The notes under the pieces: model-generated
The model's input: only the letters and a program-made list of their open reading frames with translations
Told to the model about the DNA's origin: nothing
Databases searched by the model: none
In this document: one piece after another, positions 26,090 to 38,481 of the stretch
How positions within the stretch are numbered: the first letter of the stretch is position 1
Layout: every line of letters starts with the position of its first letter
Made by a program: the position numbers and the translations under genes
DNA from: Epiperipatus broadwayi
Lineage: Eukaryota > Animalia > Onychophora
NCBI GenBank assembly: GCA_028023455.1
Contig: JAQFVV010000005.1
Coordinates: 18,910,001 to 18,974,000, forward strand
Direction: 5' to 3'
DNA length: 64,000 bases

Positions 26090-27330
26090 AAGACATATTT
26101 TGCGGGTTCATCTGTGTTAAAAAATTTAAATATTGATATAACGACATTTCGACTTGATCACACAAGTCATCCACTGGGTGATAAAATGTAGAAAGATGGT
26201 TGTAGAGGCACTACAATCACTGATTCAAAAAAAATGTTAAAGTTCCACCAATAGCAAAAATGTTAAATTAAGAATGTTTTTTAAAAAAATATTTCCAAAT
26301 AGGAGGAAGTTTGCATGTATCATATCGCTTATTGATACAATCTGGCCTTTTAAGTATCTCAATGGCTTCTCTAATTTTGCACTAGTAGAGATTATCACAT
26401 CTGGATATGATCCTGGTACTAGAAAAATCAATTTTATGACCTGAATCTATAGTATGGAGGGAGAGTGCTGATAATGATGAGTGTTGTTTAACTGCATTAG
26501 CAAACTCATCTCTCCTAACACTGATGCAACAATTTTCACATGAGATTTGATAAACACCATGAGATCCAAGAGGGATTGAATCCTTAGGCTTGGTTATTAT
26601 ATTGCTGATCTTTTGATGAGTAGAAAACGCTGTATTTATATTATAGCATTTTAATATACATCCAATACTGTCTGTAGTTCCTTTTACATATGGAACACAA
26701 ATCATAATAGCTGATTTATCATCTTTTTGTTTCCTATTTTGTCCATTTTGGGCTTGAAATAAGGCATTTTTAATAAATTTATAACTATAATTATTTGCTA
26801 ATAAAACACTAATAATATGATTTATTTCTTCTTTCAGATTGATTTATCTGAAAGGTTAATTGCTCTATTTAAAAGAGTTTTGGCTACGGAACCTATCTGA
26901 GTTGGTATGATGATGAGAATGGAAATGTAAATATCTCTCCGTGTGTGTATTCTTTCTGTAAATCGAAAAAGATAAACTATTTGGTGTTCTGGTGACTAGA
27001 ACATCAAGAAAAGGGAGGTTTCCATCAGACTCTGTCTCCATTATAAATTTAATATGAGGATGCATATTATTTAAATATAGAAAAAAATCATCTAATTTAT
27101 TTTTTCCATGTTGCCATATGACAAAAGTGTCATCTATGTATCTGAGCCAAATGAGAGGTTTTAAAGATGATGATTCTAAAGCATGAGTTTCTATATTTTC
27201 CATGAATAAATAAGCTATTTACTCCTGAGATAGGTGAGCCCATAGGAGTACCAAAAACTTGTCTATAATGCTGTCCATTGTATACAAAATGTATTCAAGA
27301 GATAATGTTTAATCAAAGCAATAATGTGGT
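26090..27330 (-). mobile_element. 5'-truncated, degenerate Penelope-like element (RT C-terminal half, GIY-YIG, 3' end with decayed hammerhead-like motif)
   Basis: GTPMGSPISG, WLRYIDDTF, LPFLDVLV, YRKNTHTERYLHFHSHH, PYVKG, GVYQISCENC. GACTTG/CAAGTC hairpin followed by GAAA at 26138-26180. Confidence 0.9.
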
Positions 27331-27364
27331 TTGGTAAATTGCAGCATTGTGAAATTACATTTCA

Positions 27365-28152
27365 CAATATATGTAAATAATAATATTTTTATAAAGCGCA
27401 GTCGATATTGAAATAAATGAGAGTGCAAATCTCTCAAGCGCTTATAACTACAACCAGTCAATCAAATCTTAAGCACTGGGACAGAGAATTTTAATAAGAA
27501 AAGAGCGGTTCCACTCTCTTCTTTACTTGTCTTAATATATATCCAAGCCAGTCCAAAGTACTTATATTTGAAAGCGTGAATCTTAAATATCATCACACTT
27601 AATTAACTGAAATCAAATTATAAACATACAGCGTGAAATCTTTCGATTTACTACGCAGTATCTTTTTCGATGTTATAAATTTGCAGCAATATATGTAAAT
27701 AATATTTTTATAAAGCGCAGTCGATATTGAAATAAATGAGAGAGTGCAAATCTCTCAAGCGCTTATGACTACAACCAGCCAATCAAATCTTAAGCACTGG
27801 GACAGAGAATTTTAATAAGAAAAGAGCGGTTCCACTCTCTTCTTTACTTGTCTTAATATATATCCAAGCCAGTCCAAAGTACTTATATTTGAAAGCGTGA
27901 ATCTTAAATATCATCACACTTAATTAACTGAAATCAAATTATAAACATACAGCGTGAAATCTTTCGATTTACTACACAGTATCTTTTTCGATGTTATAAA
28001 TTTGCAGCAATATATGTAAATAATAATATTTTTATAAAGCACAGTCGATATTGAAATAAATGAGAAAGTGCAAATCTAACCAGCCAATCAAATCTTAAGC
28101 ACTGGTTGTAGTCATAAGCGCTTGAGAGATTTGCACTCTCTAATTTATTTCA
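27365..28152. repeat. ~321 bp tandem repeat (2 full units plus a partial one) ending in an inverted fragment of itself
   Basis: Units start at 27365, 27687 and 28008. 28104-28152 is the reverse complement of TGAAATAAAT..GAGAGTGCAAATCTCTCAAGCGCTTATGACTACAACC. Confidence 0.9.
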
Positions 28153-29068
28153 TTATATGTAAGTACAGAGATCAGAAATTTTGTGGCTATCAAATTGATT
28201 GGCAAATGTAAGATCTTTGATATGATAAATTTAAATTTGTTGCTGGTAAACTAGAATTTCAGATTACTAACTTGATTTTAAAGATTTTTTTTGTCATGAT
28301 ATCAGTAATAACCTTACATTTTCTAATTAGTATAATATTATACATAAACTTCATATTTCAGAAACTAGAGAATAGGCTCTAGAACTATATACCTTGTTTC
28401 TGATTATCTTGAGAGCATATTTAAAATCATTATAGCAAATTCTCCAACACTGTGAAATCAGAAAAGATATAATAAAAAGACTGCAATTCTGCCATAAAAA
28501 AATGATTTTAGAGTACAGCTAGGGTTTCATTTTAAAAGAACTATATAAGTAATAAATCTTATCTTCCCTTTTTAGAATGGTGCTAGGGTTTTACTTTAAA
28601 AGAATCACATGGTCCTCAAAGTTAACAAAAAAGAAACATAAATTGATTATATATATTTATTGTTTCATCAGCATTCTTACAAAGATTCCAAATCCTATTA
28701 AATGACCAGAATCTCTGATCATCAAGAAAAATATCCACAGAAAAGCATTCATAAATGATTTAATTCAGGAATTTATGTGATAATTCAGATAGCATATATT
28801 CCACTCTGTTGCTAAATTGACTTCCGGTCTATCAGTCTATGTTTATACAGTGAGTTAAATATATACATTAAGCCATTCATGTTCTTGATGATCTACATAT
28901 TAAAGAGGTGCCAGATGACAATGCAGAATTCTTAGGATTTTAAATGATTAAGAGCTTAATAACATTCCTTTCTAGGAAAGGTTGCTACTAAGTTTCCTTT
29001 GTTTATGTGATCCATGATGTATAATTAAGCATAATTGCATCATAATTTTTACTTTTGCAAAATATAGC

Positions 29069-29844
29069 TGATATGTATGTGTGTGCTATAAATTTTTAAT
29101 GGAAATAAATAAGTTATAAACGAATTTTGGAATTTCAAAAGACTGATCTTTTTAAAGTAAAAAATTAAAGTTATTTATAACTTTGTAAGATTAGAAAAAA
29201 GATTATTTTTTAAAAGTAAAAGCAGTTAAATTAATGAGAGTAGAATGCAGTATTATAATGGGATAGTGAACAATTAAAGGAATTTGAATTTAAATTTCCT
29301 TCATGATTATAAACTGTAAGCAAAAAAAATAACTCATTAATTAAAGTCAGATATATAATGGTTTAAATTCTTATATCCAGCATATGAGCAGTGAAAGGAA
29401 GAATCACCTAAGCAGATGGGTGGGAATATGATCCAATCAATTTTAAGGAATGAAAAACTCAGTGGAAATTGGATCAAGAAAAGAACACTTAATTCTTAGA
29501 GCTTCACCTGTGCACATAGACTTATAAGTGAGTGCAGAACATTGCTCGAATGCACAGGAACTTCAAATGCAGAGAGCTGGCCTCCGAATGTGTGAACAGC
29601 CAGATGGTACTCATACAGATCTTATTGAGCTTGATTATTACTTTTGTATGCATATGAGCATGGATATATGTAATGTATTTAATGTTTAATTAGCAATTCC
29701 TAAAATTTATTATTATTAAATTGCATTTAATCTCAACCTAATAGTGTCGAATCATTACTGGAGGATTACTATTGTTAAATTAGTCTGGAGATGCTTAAGT
29801 TCACAGACAAGGTTTCTGGCAGTGCAATAAGCCAGGATATATCA
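29069..29844 (+). mobile_element. Solo LTR of the 32648-36273 family
   Basis: Homologous to 32648-33463; TGATATG...ATATCA termini; flanks ATAGC/ATAGT (near-TSD). Confidence 0.85.
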
Positions 29845-31544
29845 ATAGTTAAGATTTTATTTGAAAGAATCACACAATTCTTAAGTTAATAAAACAAAAA
29901 CATAATCATCTATGGTTTGGATGAATTTTAAAAAAGTGATTATATTTGTAGTTTCATTGGTCATGGTAGCCTAACTTCTGTAAAAGAGATGTATATTAGA
30001 ATACTCAGGAATTTCTTATGAAAATATTAAAAGATTGAGAAAACACATTTCCCAGATGATAGTTGTCATACTTGTTGAGAGACATAAGGAAGTTAAACTC
30101 TTGAGAACTTTTTAATTGTTGTTTTGTTTTAAAGAAATAAATCTATAATACTTTTTGATGATAAGAATAATGTATAAAAGGACCTATATAGTCTTTCTCA
30201 CTGAAAAAATGCTAACTTCTGGGAAAATTGCCACAGTATCAGATAAAATTTTGACTACTGATAAGGTTCTTTGATAATGAATTATATATATATATATATT
30301 AAACTATGAATTATCTGAGTATTACCTTGACAACAGATTGCTGACATTCTATTGGTTAATTTTAAATACTGAATGTAATGATATTATTTATACATATATA
30401 TAATTGATTTCTGCATAAGCTGGGCTTTCAAGAAGAATCAAGACTGATTGACTAGAGTTTGAAGTTTTATATTATCAAATGTTCATAAGAAAATCTTACT
30501 GCGTGGCAATTAGATTAGATAACTGTCTTCTCATGTAGTGCAAGAATGTGCATGCAACAACTTTGCAATGTTTATTAATAAGACACTGAATAGATAATCT
30601 TTTCATCCAAAAATCATTATAAATTTCATTATTCTCAATAATTTATGAATTACCACTATTAATACTATCATCAATATTCCATGCAATAAATTGTACTTTC
30701 TCGAAAACTTAGAACAGGAAGCCTCAATATTTTCTGAGAAAAAGATGACATCAAAAATTTTGTAATAAATAGCAGATCAGAAAAGTCGAATTTGAAAAAA
30801 AAAATCTATTTTGAATAATACTAGATTATATACAATTTGTAGTAATTCTTTATAAAAAATAAATGAAACAATTCACATGAGAGATATTTATTTTCATTAC
30901 TAACAAGATAGTTCTTTTTTTTAAAAAAAAAAATCTTATTTAAAAACAACAACAATATAGCATCACACAAAACAAATTGTTTTGAATTGCTGTTATTAAT
31001 ATTTAATATTAGTATTTTAAAAAATTTCATAAATGCACTAAATCATGTGTAATTGAATTTTAATTTGATATGTTTGATTAGATTAAATTTGTTTACATAG
31101 TTATAAACTAGCAAAAGAGTTGATGTTAGTTTTGGAAATTCTCATTTTACAATGTAAAGTAATATTTAAATTTTAGAAATAAAAAAAATAAATAAAACAA
31201 GAGCATCTCTTTATTCTACTGCCATCTACAGTGAGCTTGAGTAATCAGTGATTATTCAATAGTATTGCATTTCAATTCCCCTCTCCAGATCAATTTTGGC
31301 TTGCTGAAGCTTGTTATTAATAAAAAATTACACTGATAACTGATATGCTTATTAAACCGTATTTAATTGTATATGAGCTATTTCAAAATATATAATAATA
31401 TTGTGAGATGTGATATGTTGGACTATTTCCATCATTTATGAGTGAATGTTGAATGTAAAGAAAATTTTAAATCTTATTTAAACTTTCCAAATACAAACAA
31501 CTTGTTAGTAATAACACACAAATAAACACTACAGGTTAGTAATT

Positions 31545-31589
31545 ACACAACGTTTCGAGTAGTATTATTCTCCTCTCGTCTTCAGGTGT
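31545..31589 (-). ncRNA. Minimal PLE-type hammerhead ribozyme
   Basis: On the - strand: ACAC-CTGAAGA-C-GAG...CTC-GAAA-CG-TT-GTGT. 4 bp stem I and palindromic AACGTT stem III. Confidence 0.65.
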
Positions 31590-31609
31590 TGCTGGCCTAT
31601 ATGCACAGT

Positions 31610-31700
31610 GACAATATTCACTTAGAAGTTGAACTCGCACCTTTAGATTCTTGAATACTGAATTTTAAGGCAAACGCTGTACCAACTGAGCTATTCTGTC
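31610..31700 (-). other. tRNA-derived (SINE-head-like) sequence, not a functional tRNA
   Basis: A-box TAGCTCAGTTGG; B-box-like GAGTTCAACT; GACAGAA/TATTGTC acceptor-like pairing; anticodon and T arms disrupted. Confidence 0.6.
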
Positions 31701-32647
31701 AAAGGCATCATATAGTAGAAATAAGGACTCAGGTGGATTTGAACTGACCCTCATATATAAATATATAAATGATGGAAATAGTCCAACATATCACATCTTA
31801 TAATATACCAACCATCATTACAAACCTTCAGACAAATATAATATTGTAATTTCAATATAGATTTTGTGTATATGTGTACAAATATAGTCTCATAAAAGAA
31901 ATGAATATCAACAGAACTGATAAAATCTGTAAAATCAGATATAGGCCATAGCAATATTAACGAAAACATTTCTGCCTTTCATTTCCATCTCTATCTATCT
32001 ATCTAAAGTAAACCATCTAAGCTATCTAACAATCTACATTCTTTCAATTTACACCTTTCTTCTTCAAAATATTCCCACAAATAGTGTCTTTTATTTTAAT
32101 TTTATAGCTCTAAAAAAAAACTACTATTCAATTAAAACAGGCAAAAAATTCAATTACAATTTTAAATAATATAAAATGTCTTTTTAAATGAAGTCAGAAA
32201 TTCTTGTGCACAATCTACATGTCCAGAAACTTTAATTGTTAAGATAAACATTTCCTCCCTTAAAACTTTTATATAACTCTTTAGTACTCAATTATTTTTC
32301 CATCCCTGATTCATCTGATTTTTAATCCCTATATTGCTTTCATAAAAGCTTTATTGTTAGTCCAACTACCCTATCCTCTTATTATTCAATTTCATTACAA
32401 AAAATTTAATAAAAAAGAAACAAGTCAAAAATCTTCACCTGTCTTTTTTTTTTTAACTTTAAATATGCCCTATTCTCCATACTCTTTTGACACACTATAC
32501 TCCAAAAATAAGTATTAAAATACTTTTTCATTTCCATAAAAACTATATCAATAATCAAAATCCTTAATCTATTTTTGCCTTCTTTTCTGTTGTTCTGCAT
32601 CAAATAATAAACTACCTTCTATGTTATCATATTTATTCCTATATAAC

Positions 32648-35600
32648 TGATATGTATGCGGATGCTCAAGTGCACATACATATAAAGATATAATTTATAG
32701 TGAAATAAATAATTAGTTATAAAAAAATTATAGAATTTTAAAAGCCTGATCTTTTAAAATAAGAAATAAAAGTTATTTATAACTTTGTAAGATGAGAAAA
32801 AAGATTATTTTCTAAAAGTAAAAGCAGTTAAATTAATGAGAGAAGAATGCAGTATTAAAATGAGATATTGAACAATTAAAGGGATTCGAGTTTGGATTTC
32901 CTTCATGATAATAAGTTGTAAGCTAAAAATAACTCATTAAAGTTGGATATATAATGGTTTAAATTCTTATATCCAGCATGTAGGCAGTGAAAGGAATAAT
33001 CACTTGAATGGCTGGGAATATGAGCCAATCAGTTTTAAGAAATGAAACAATGAAAGGACTCAGCGCAAATTTGATCAAAAAAAGGACACTTGATTCTTGG
33101 AGCTTCACCTGTGCACATGGACTTATAAGCAGGTGCAGAACATTGCCCGAATGCTCAGGGACTTTAAATGTGGAGAGTTGGCCTCTGAACATGTGAACAT
33201 CCAGCTAGGACTCATACAGCTCATATTGATCTTAATAATTATTTTTGTACACCTACAGGTATGTATATAAGTAATGTATATAGATGTATATATAATTTGT
33301 AATGTTTAGTAGCAATTACAAAGATTTTTTATTATTAAATTGCATTTAATCTCAATCTAATAGTGTCGAGTCATTACTGGGGAATTATTATTGTTAAATT
33401 AGTCTGGGAATGTTTAAGCTTACAGACAAGATGTCCGGCAGTATAATAGTGTGGAACATATCAATTGGCACAGTCGCATCATCTTAATACAAACATCATC
33501 AATCTGTACTCATAACAATGGCACAGCTTGCAGTTCAAATAGGGAAAGTTAAACAAAACCCAGTCAGCATATTATAAAGGCAGTTCAAAGTTTGAAACTG
33601 TAAGAGGATTTACAGTAATTTCAAACTCCTCATATTTGCATTCAGATCAAAGTGCGCACTCAGTTACTTGATTCAAATTAGGAATCAAAAGTAAAAGGTT
33701 AGATTTACGCATAAAGATTGGTTTAAAATGCAGTCAGTTATAAGTGAGTTCAACATCACTAATGTGAGTAATTAGCCCTTATATGTCTAACATATAGAGA
33801 AAGATCTCTTCGTAAATAAAATTGAAGATTATAAATTACAAAAATGCACAAATTTTATATTTTTCTGGGAATGGGGTAATTGAAATTGTGAATAGGCTTG
33901 GTGCACCCTTCTGTCCAGAAGAAAGCTCATGTAATCAATTTAAAAAACATTTGTTTAATTATTTTAACCCCTCCCCTCTAAATATGTTGCCAGGTTAATT
34001 TCCACGACTGCTATCAGGGTAGGGAGGAAAGCATTAAAAATATCGATTGGTCACTTGGGAATTTAGCAAAGAATTGTGTATATGATTCATTTTTAGATGA
34101 GACCTTCCTGGAACAGTTCTTTAGAGAAATAAAGAGTTTTAACTTATGTCAACAATTACTGTTGGTCACAAATTTAGATCACAGTGAGGTCATAAAGCAT
34201 AGTATAACTTATGAACTCATCCTGGAGCAATCAAAAAAAATATGCAGAGTTCAATTGGAGTGGAAAAAGCAAACAGAAGTTTGTAAAACAATTAATCCAA
34301 TTGAAAACAAAGTCACTAACAGTAAAAAGAGAAAAATTGATAACAGCAAACATTTATTTACATGCTTTTGCTGCGGGAAAAATGGCCATAAGGCCAGTAA
34401 CTGTTATTATAGATATGAATGCTGCAACAAAAGAGGGCACAGGGAAAATATGTGCAAAAAAAGAGAATAGTGTAGCCAGAAATGATATTAATAGTAGTAA
34501 CCATATAATAGAGGGTCAGGGGAAAGCACTTTATTAAGGTTAAAAATAGAGCAACAACAGATAATAAAATAATGATCAAAATTAAAATATTCGATCAGCC
34601 TATTGGCATGAAGGTTGACGGTGGAAGCAGTGTATTACTGATACCACTCTGCTATTGGTATACTGTTACTTCCAAATGTAAGAGAATACCCATTATATAA
34701 AAAACTTACCTTAAGGCAATAGACATGAGCGGTAATGCCATCAGAATAAAGAAGACATAGTCAAAGTGCCGATATGTGGAAGTAAATGCAAAATTATAGT
34801 TCTACTACTTTATATAGTACATGCTCTAATCAACACCATATTAGGATGAGAGTGGTTCAGTGAAATTGGAGTAAAAATAATAATTACTAAAAAAATTAAT
34901 AGCCCCAAGAGAAAATTTTTTTACAGGGGGATCAAGATGAATTCAGGTAAAGTAGAGATACCCATACAGAAAAAACAATTCCAGTCCCCCAGTACTCAAC
35001 AAAAGTATATCAGAGAAGGTTCATGGTGACTAGAAACATAATAAAACTATGCATAAAGATGTACTGAAATCAATATGATAAAATCATAACTCATTCGAAA
35101 GAGGAGGGCGACAGTTACCATTGGAATATTAAACAGATTAAAGAAGGTTGGCCGAAGCAACACCCCAGTTTCCTCTACAAAGAATTATGAAATGCTCATA
35201 AGCAGCTGTTGGTTAGTCAAAGGCACCTTATGAGAGGTGATTGTATGCTGATACCAGTCAAGGACAGACAGCATATAGTAAAGTGGCTGCATGATAGTCA
35301 GCAGGACATCAGAAGAACAAAATCTCTCACCCTTAGTGGTGTCTGATGGCCAGACATTAATGAAGACATGAGAGAAAAAAAGAATGATTAATTTACAAAC
35401 AAGTACAGAGAATGGAGTTGGAACCTAATTCTTAACAGCATGCTAAAAGGAAGATAAACCCTCCCAGGTATCTTAATGACTTGGGGGGAGTAATGATATG
35501 TATGTGGAGGCTCAAATGCCCATACATATAAAGATATAATTAAATTTATAAATGAAATAAATAATAAGTTATAAAGAAATTATAGAATTTTAAAAGTCTG

Positions 35601-36273
35601 GTCCTTTTAAAATAAGAAATAAAAGTTATTTATAACTTTATAAAATTAGAAGAAAGATTATTTTCTAAAGTAAAAGCAATTAAATTAATGAGAGAAGAAT
35701 GCAGTATTAAAATGGGATATTAAACAATTAAAGAAATTCGAGTTTAGATTTTTTTCATGATAATAAAGTATAAGCTAAAAATAACTCATTAATTAAAGTC
35801 AGATATATAATGGTTTAAATTCTCGTATCCAGCATGTGAGCAGTGAAGGGAAGAATCACTTGAATGGATGGGAATACAAGCCAATCAGTTTTAAACAAAG
35901 AAAGGATTCAGTGCAAATTGGATCAAGAAAAGGACACTTTGATTCTTGGAGCTTCACCTGTGCACATGGACTTATAAGCAGGTGAGAATATTACCCGAAT
36001 GCACAAGGACTTCAAGTGCGAAAAGCTGGCCACCAAACGTGTGAACAGCCAGCTAGAATTCATATAGGTCATATTGATCTTGGATTATTATTTTTGTATG
36101 GGTATGTATATATGTAGTGTATATATATATAATTTGTTATTTATTAGCAATTACTAAGATTTACTATTATTAAATTGCATTTAATCTCAGCCTAATAGTG
36201 TCGAGTCATTACTGGGGAGTCTGGGAACAGTTAAGCTCATATTGTCCGGCAGTATAGCAGTGTGGACATGTCA
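32648..36273 (+). mobile_element. Internally deleted Ty3/Gypsy element
   Basis: LTRs 32648-33463 and 35494-36273 (TGATATG...CAT(A/G)TCA); TSD ATAAC; PBS TGGCACAGTCG at 33466-33476; PPT GGGGGGAG. Remnants of the CCHC knuckle (CFCCGKNGHKASNC), protease (KVDGG) and IN N-terminus; RT/RH largely missing. Confidence 0.9.
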
Positions 36274-37993
36274 ATAACCCAAACTATTTTTTATATTTGC
36301 TTTCCATACATAACTTTCCTATTCTCTTTTCCCCTCATAATAATGTATCTGTATTACATTGTCTACATATTTATCTCACTTGTATAAATATATGAAAATA
36401 AATTGTTAATTTATGAATGGATATTGTTAAACCTTTTTTTATCCCATGTATTTATTATCCTTTCCACATAATCCAATTAAACACTATTTTTATAAATCTA
36501 TTTTCTTTTATATATTTGTAGGATTCCAAAATCATTTAAAAAAACTTTATTTGCTGTCCATAATTTATTATCCAGTGCAATTCCTGCCAATATAAAGGAC
36601 ATCATTTTCAAATGTAAAAGTAGGCACTATCACTTCTTTTAAAATAATTCTACATACATTTATATAATAATCATACCAAATTTTTAATCAATCCCATTAT
36701 AATTTTTGTCTTTTCCACCCATAATTCACAATTATCTGTAGAATTCTTTTTCCATTTAACAAAGTATTTAAATATCACTGTTTTTTCAGGACAAATATCT
36801 CTCATTTACCATCCTTCCTTTTTATCTTTTCCAATAAATATTAGGATCTTAGATTTTCCTTTTCCATTTACTTTTCATACTTCTTCCTGCCTTTCCACAT
36901 TTTTCTAATAACAACACTCAATATCTTTCTATATTTTTAGAAAAAAATATCTTATGATCAGCATATCAAGCATTGCAATACAGCACTTCTGGTTTAAAAA
37001 AGTCCCATAATAAATCAATCATAAGTGTCTTGTATTGTCATCTGGTATTCAATGCTTACTTGAATGGTAATAGAATGGTAAAAGATAGATGAGCATTATC
37101 TGAAAAACTCTAAATGATTAAAGACAAAAAAAAAAGATAATTTTAAAAAAGCATGCAGCTATGCGAATTTGAGGGATGATAGAAAAACTCAGAGCAACCT
37201 GGAGTAAGTAATGAATCTTGTCTTTGGACACATGATTATTGACAATGGTGAAATTATTAATTATTCCATAAAATAAATAAATAATCAAATGGTTTAGTGC
37301 TTGAGAATTCATAAGAAAATACCAAAACTGAAATCAATTCAAGTACCTTACATTACAAAATCTAACATTTTACAAGTGCACTAAACCATGTAGAGCAATT
37401 CGAATCAATTCAAACGAAAGCTGAAAAATGGTTTTCATTCTATTTAAAATATTCTAATTTTGTAAATATTACAACTTAGTGAAAATGTACAAACTATAAT
37501 GAAGGATTTACTATATATATATAAATATTCACTAGAATAAAAACTACAAAATTTTAAAAAATGCTTATATAAAATTAAAGATACAAATTCTTTGCTATAG
37601 CTAGCTTCGGCGTATTCCGCCATCTTAAGTAGCAATATGTTAATATTTAAATATTATATATATATATTCTATTAATGTTAACAACCCTGTAATAAATATT
37701 TGCTTCTACATTATGAAACAATGAAAATATAATGCTATTTGTCAAATAATAAATTTGACGTGCACATATAAGACTTTTTCAATTAAACTTTAGAAGACAT
37801 TTTAATACACTTGCAAATAAATCCTCTTGTATTCATTTTTCATCTGGTTGGGTTAACTCAACATGGTGTTATTAAAATTTCTACTTGTTAAGGATTCTTA
37901 CAGTTCATGTACAAAAAAGTTATTATTTCAGAAATATTATTAATAATATATATTTTTTACAATTAGAAACAAATAAAACAAAAATACTCTTAC

Positions 37994-38085
37994 CATAAGA
38001 GAGCTTCCAGCAATAAAAGCTGTCAAATTATTCCAAACAAGTACTATATCTTTCAAAATCTTATGTAACTTATCATTCTCTATGG
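37994..38085 (-). CDS. SYNRG: Synergin gamma, penultimate coding exon
   Basis: TTTTCTAG acceptor and GTAAGA donor. Encodes IENDKLHKILKDIVLVWNNLTAFIAGSSLM (compare vertebrate EKLQQLLKDIDKVWNNLIGF) and joins the last exon in frame. Confidence 0.88.
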
Positions 38086-38481
38086 CTAGAAAATAAATAT
38101 ATAATTTATACATATATATGTAGATTCCAATTTTAACAATAGATTGCTGTTAAACTATCTTTTACCACCATGTCCTTGTTAGATTACCAAAGAAATACAA
38201 AATGACAATATACATTTAGAAGTTTTACATATATAGAGAGCACAAGTGCGAAATCTATTACATATCAAATATAAATATAGCTTTTGTTTTAAATACTTGC
38301 TACATTTTCTCCCTCTATATACATCAGGTAACAAATGTAAATGGTCATTTTATATTGCTTGGCAGTCTTTCAAAACAGGGATGATGAAAAATGATTTAAC
38401 AGTGATCTGACAGTTTGTCAAAACCAGAAATTCTATATATGCTGGAAAATGCTGTGCTATATTAGTATTATATATATATAT

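Larger units (their letters stand above)
31398..31830 (-). mobile_element. Composite element: tRNA-derived head(s), hammerhead and tail, with an inverted tail copy
   Basis: 42 bp inverted repeats at 31398-31439 and 31765-31806; hammerhead 31545-31589; tRNA-like 31610-31700; second B-box/3'-half at 31725-31752. Confidence 0.6.

Noticed and set aside
27560-27680. Hammerhead in the 321 bp monomer (GTGATGA...TAAGTACTT, or TCGAAAA...GAAAGATTTC on the - strand)
   Set aside because: Core nucleotides or stem I do not fit.
38395-38450. Candidate upstream SYNRG exon (IYRIS after TTCCAG)
   Set aside because: The similarity does not continue, a stop follows, and there is no suitable donor.
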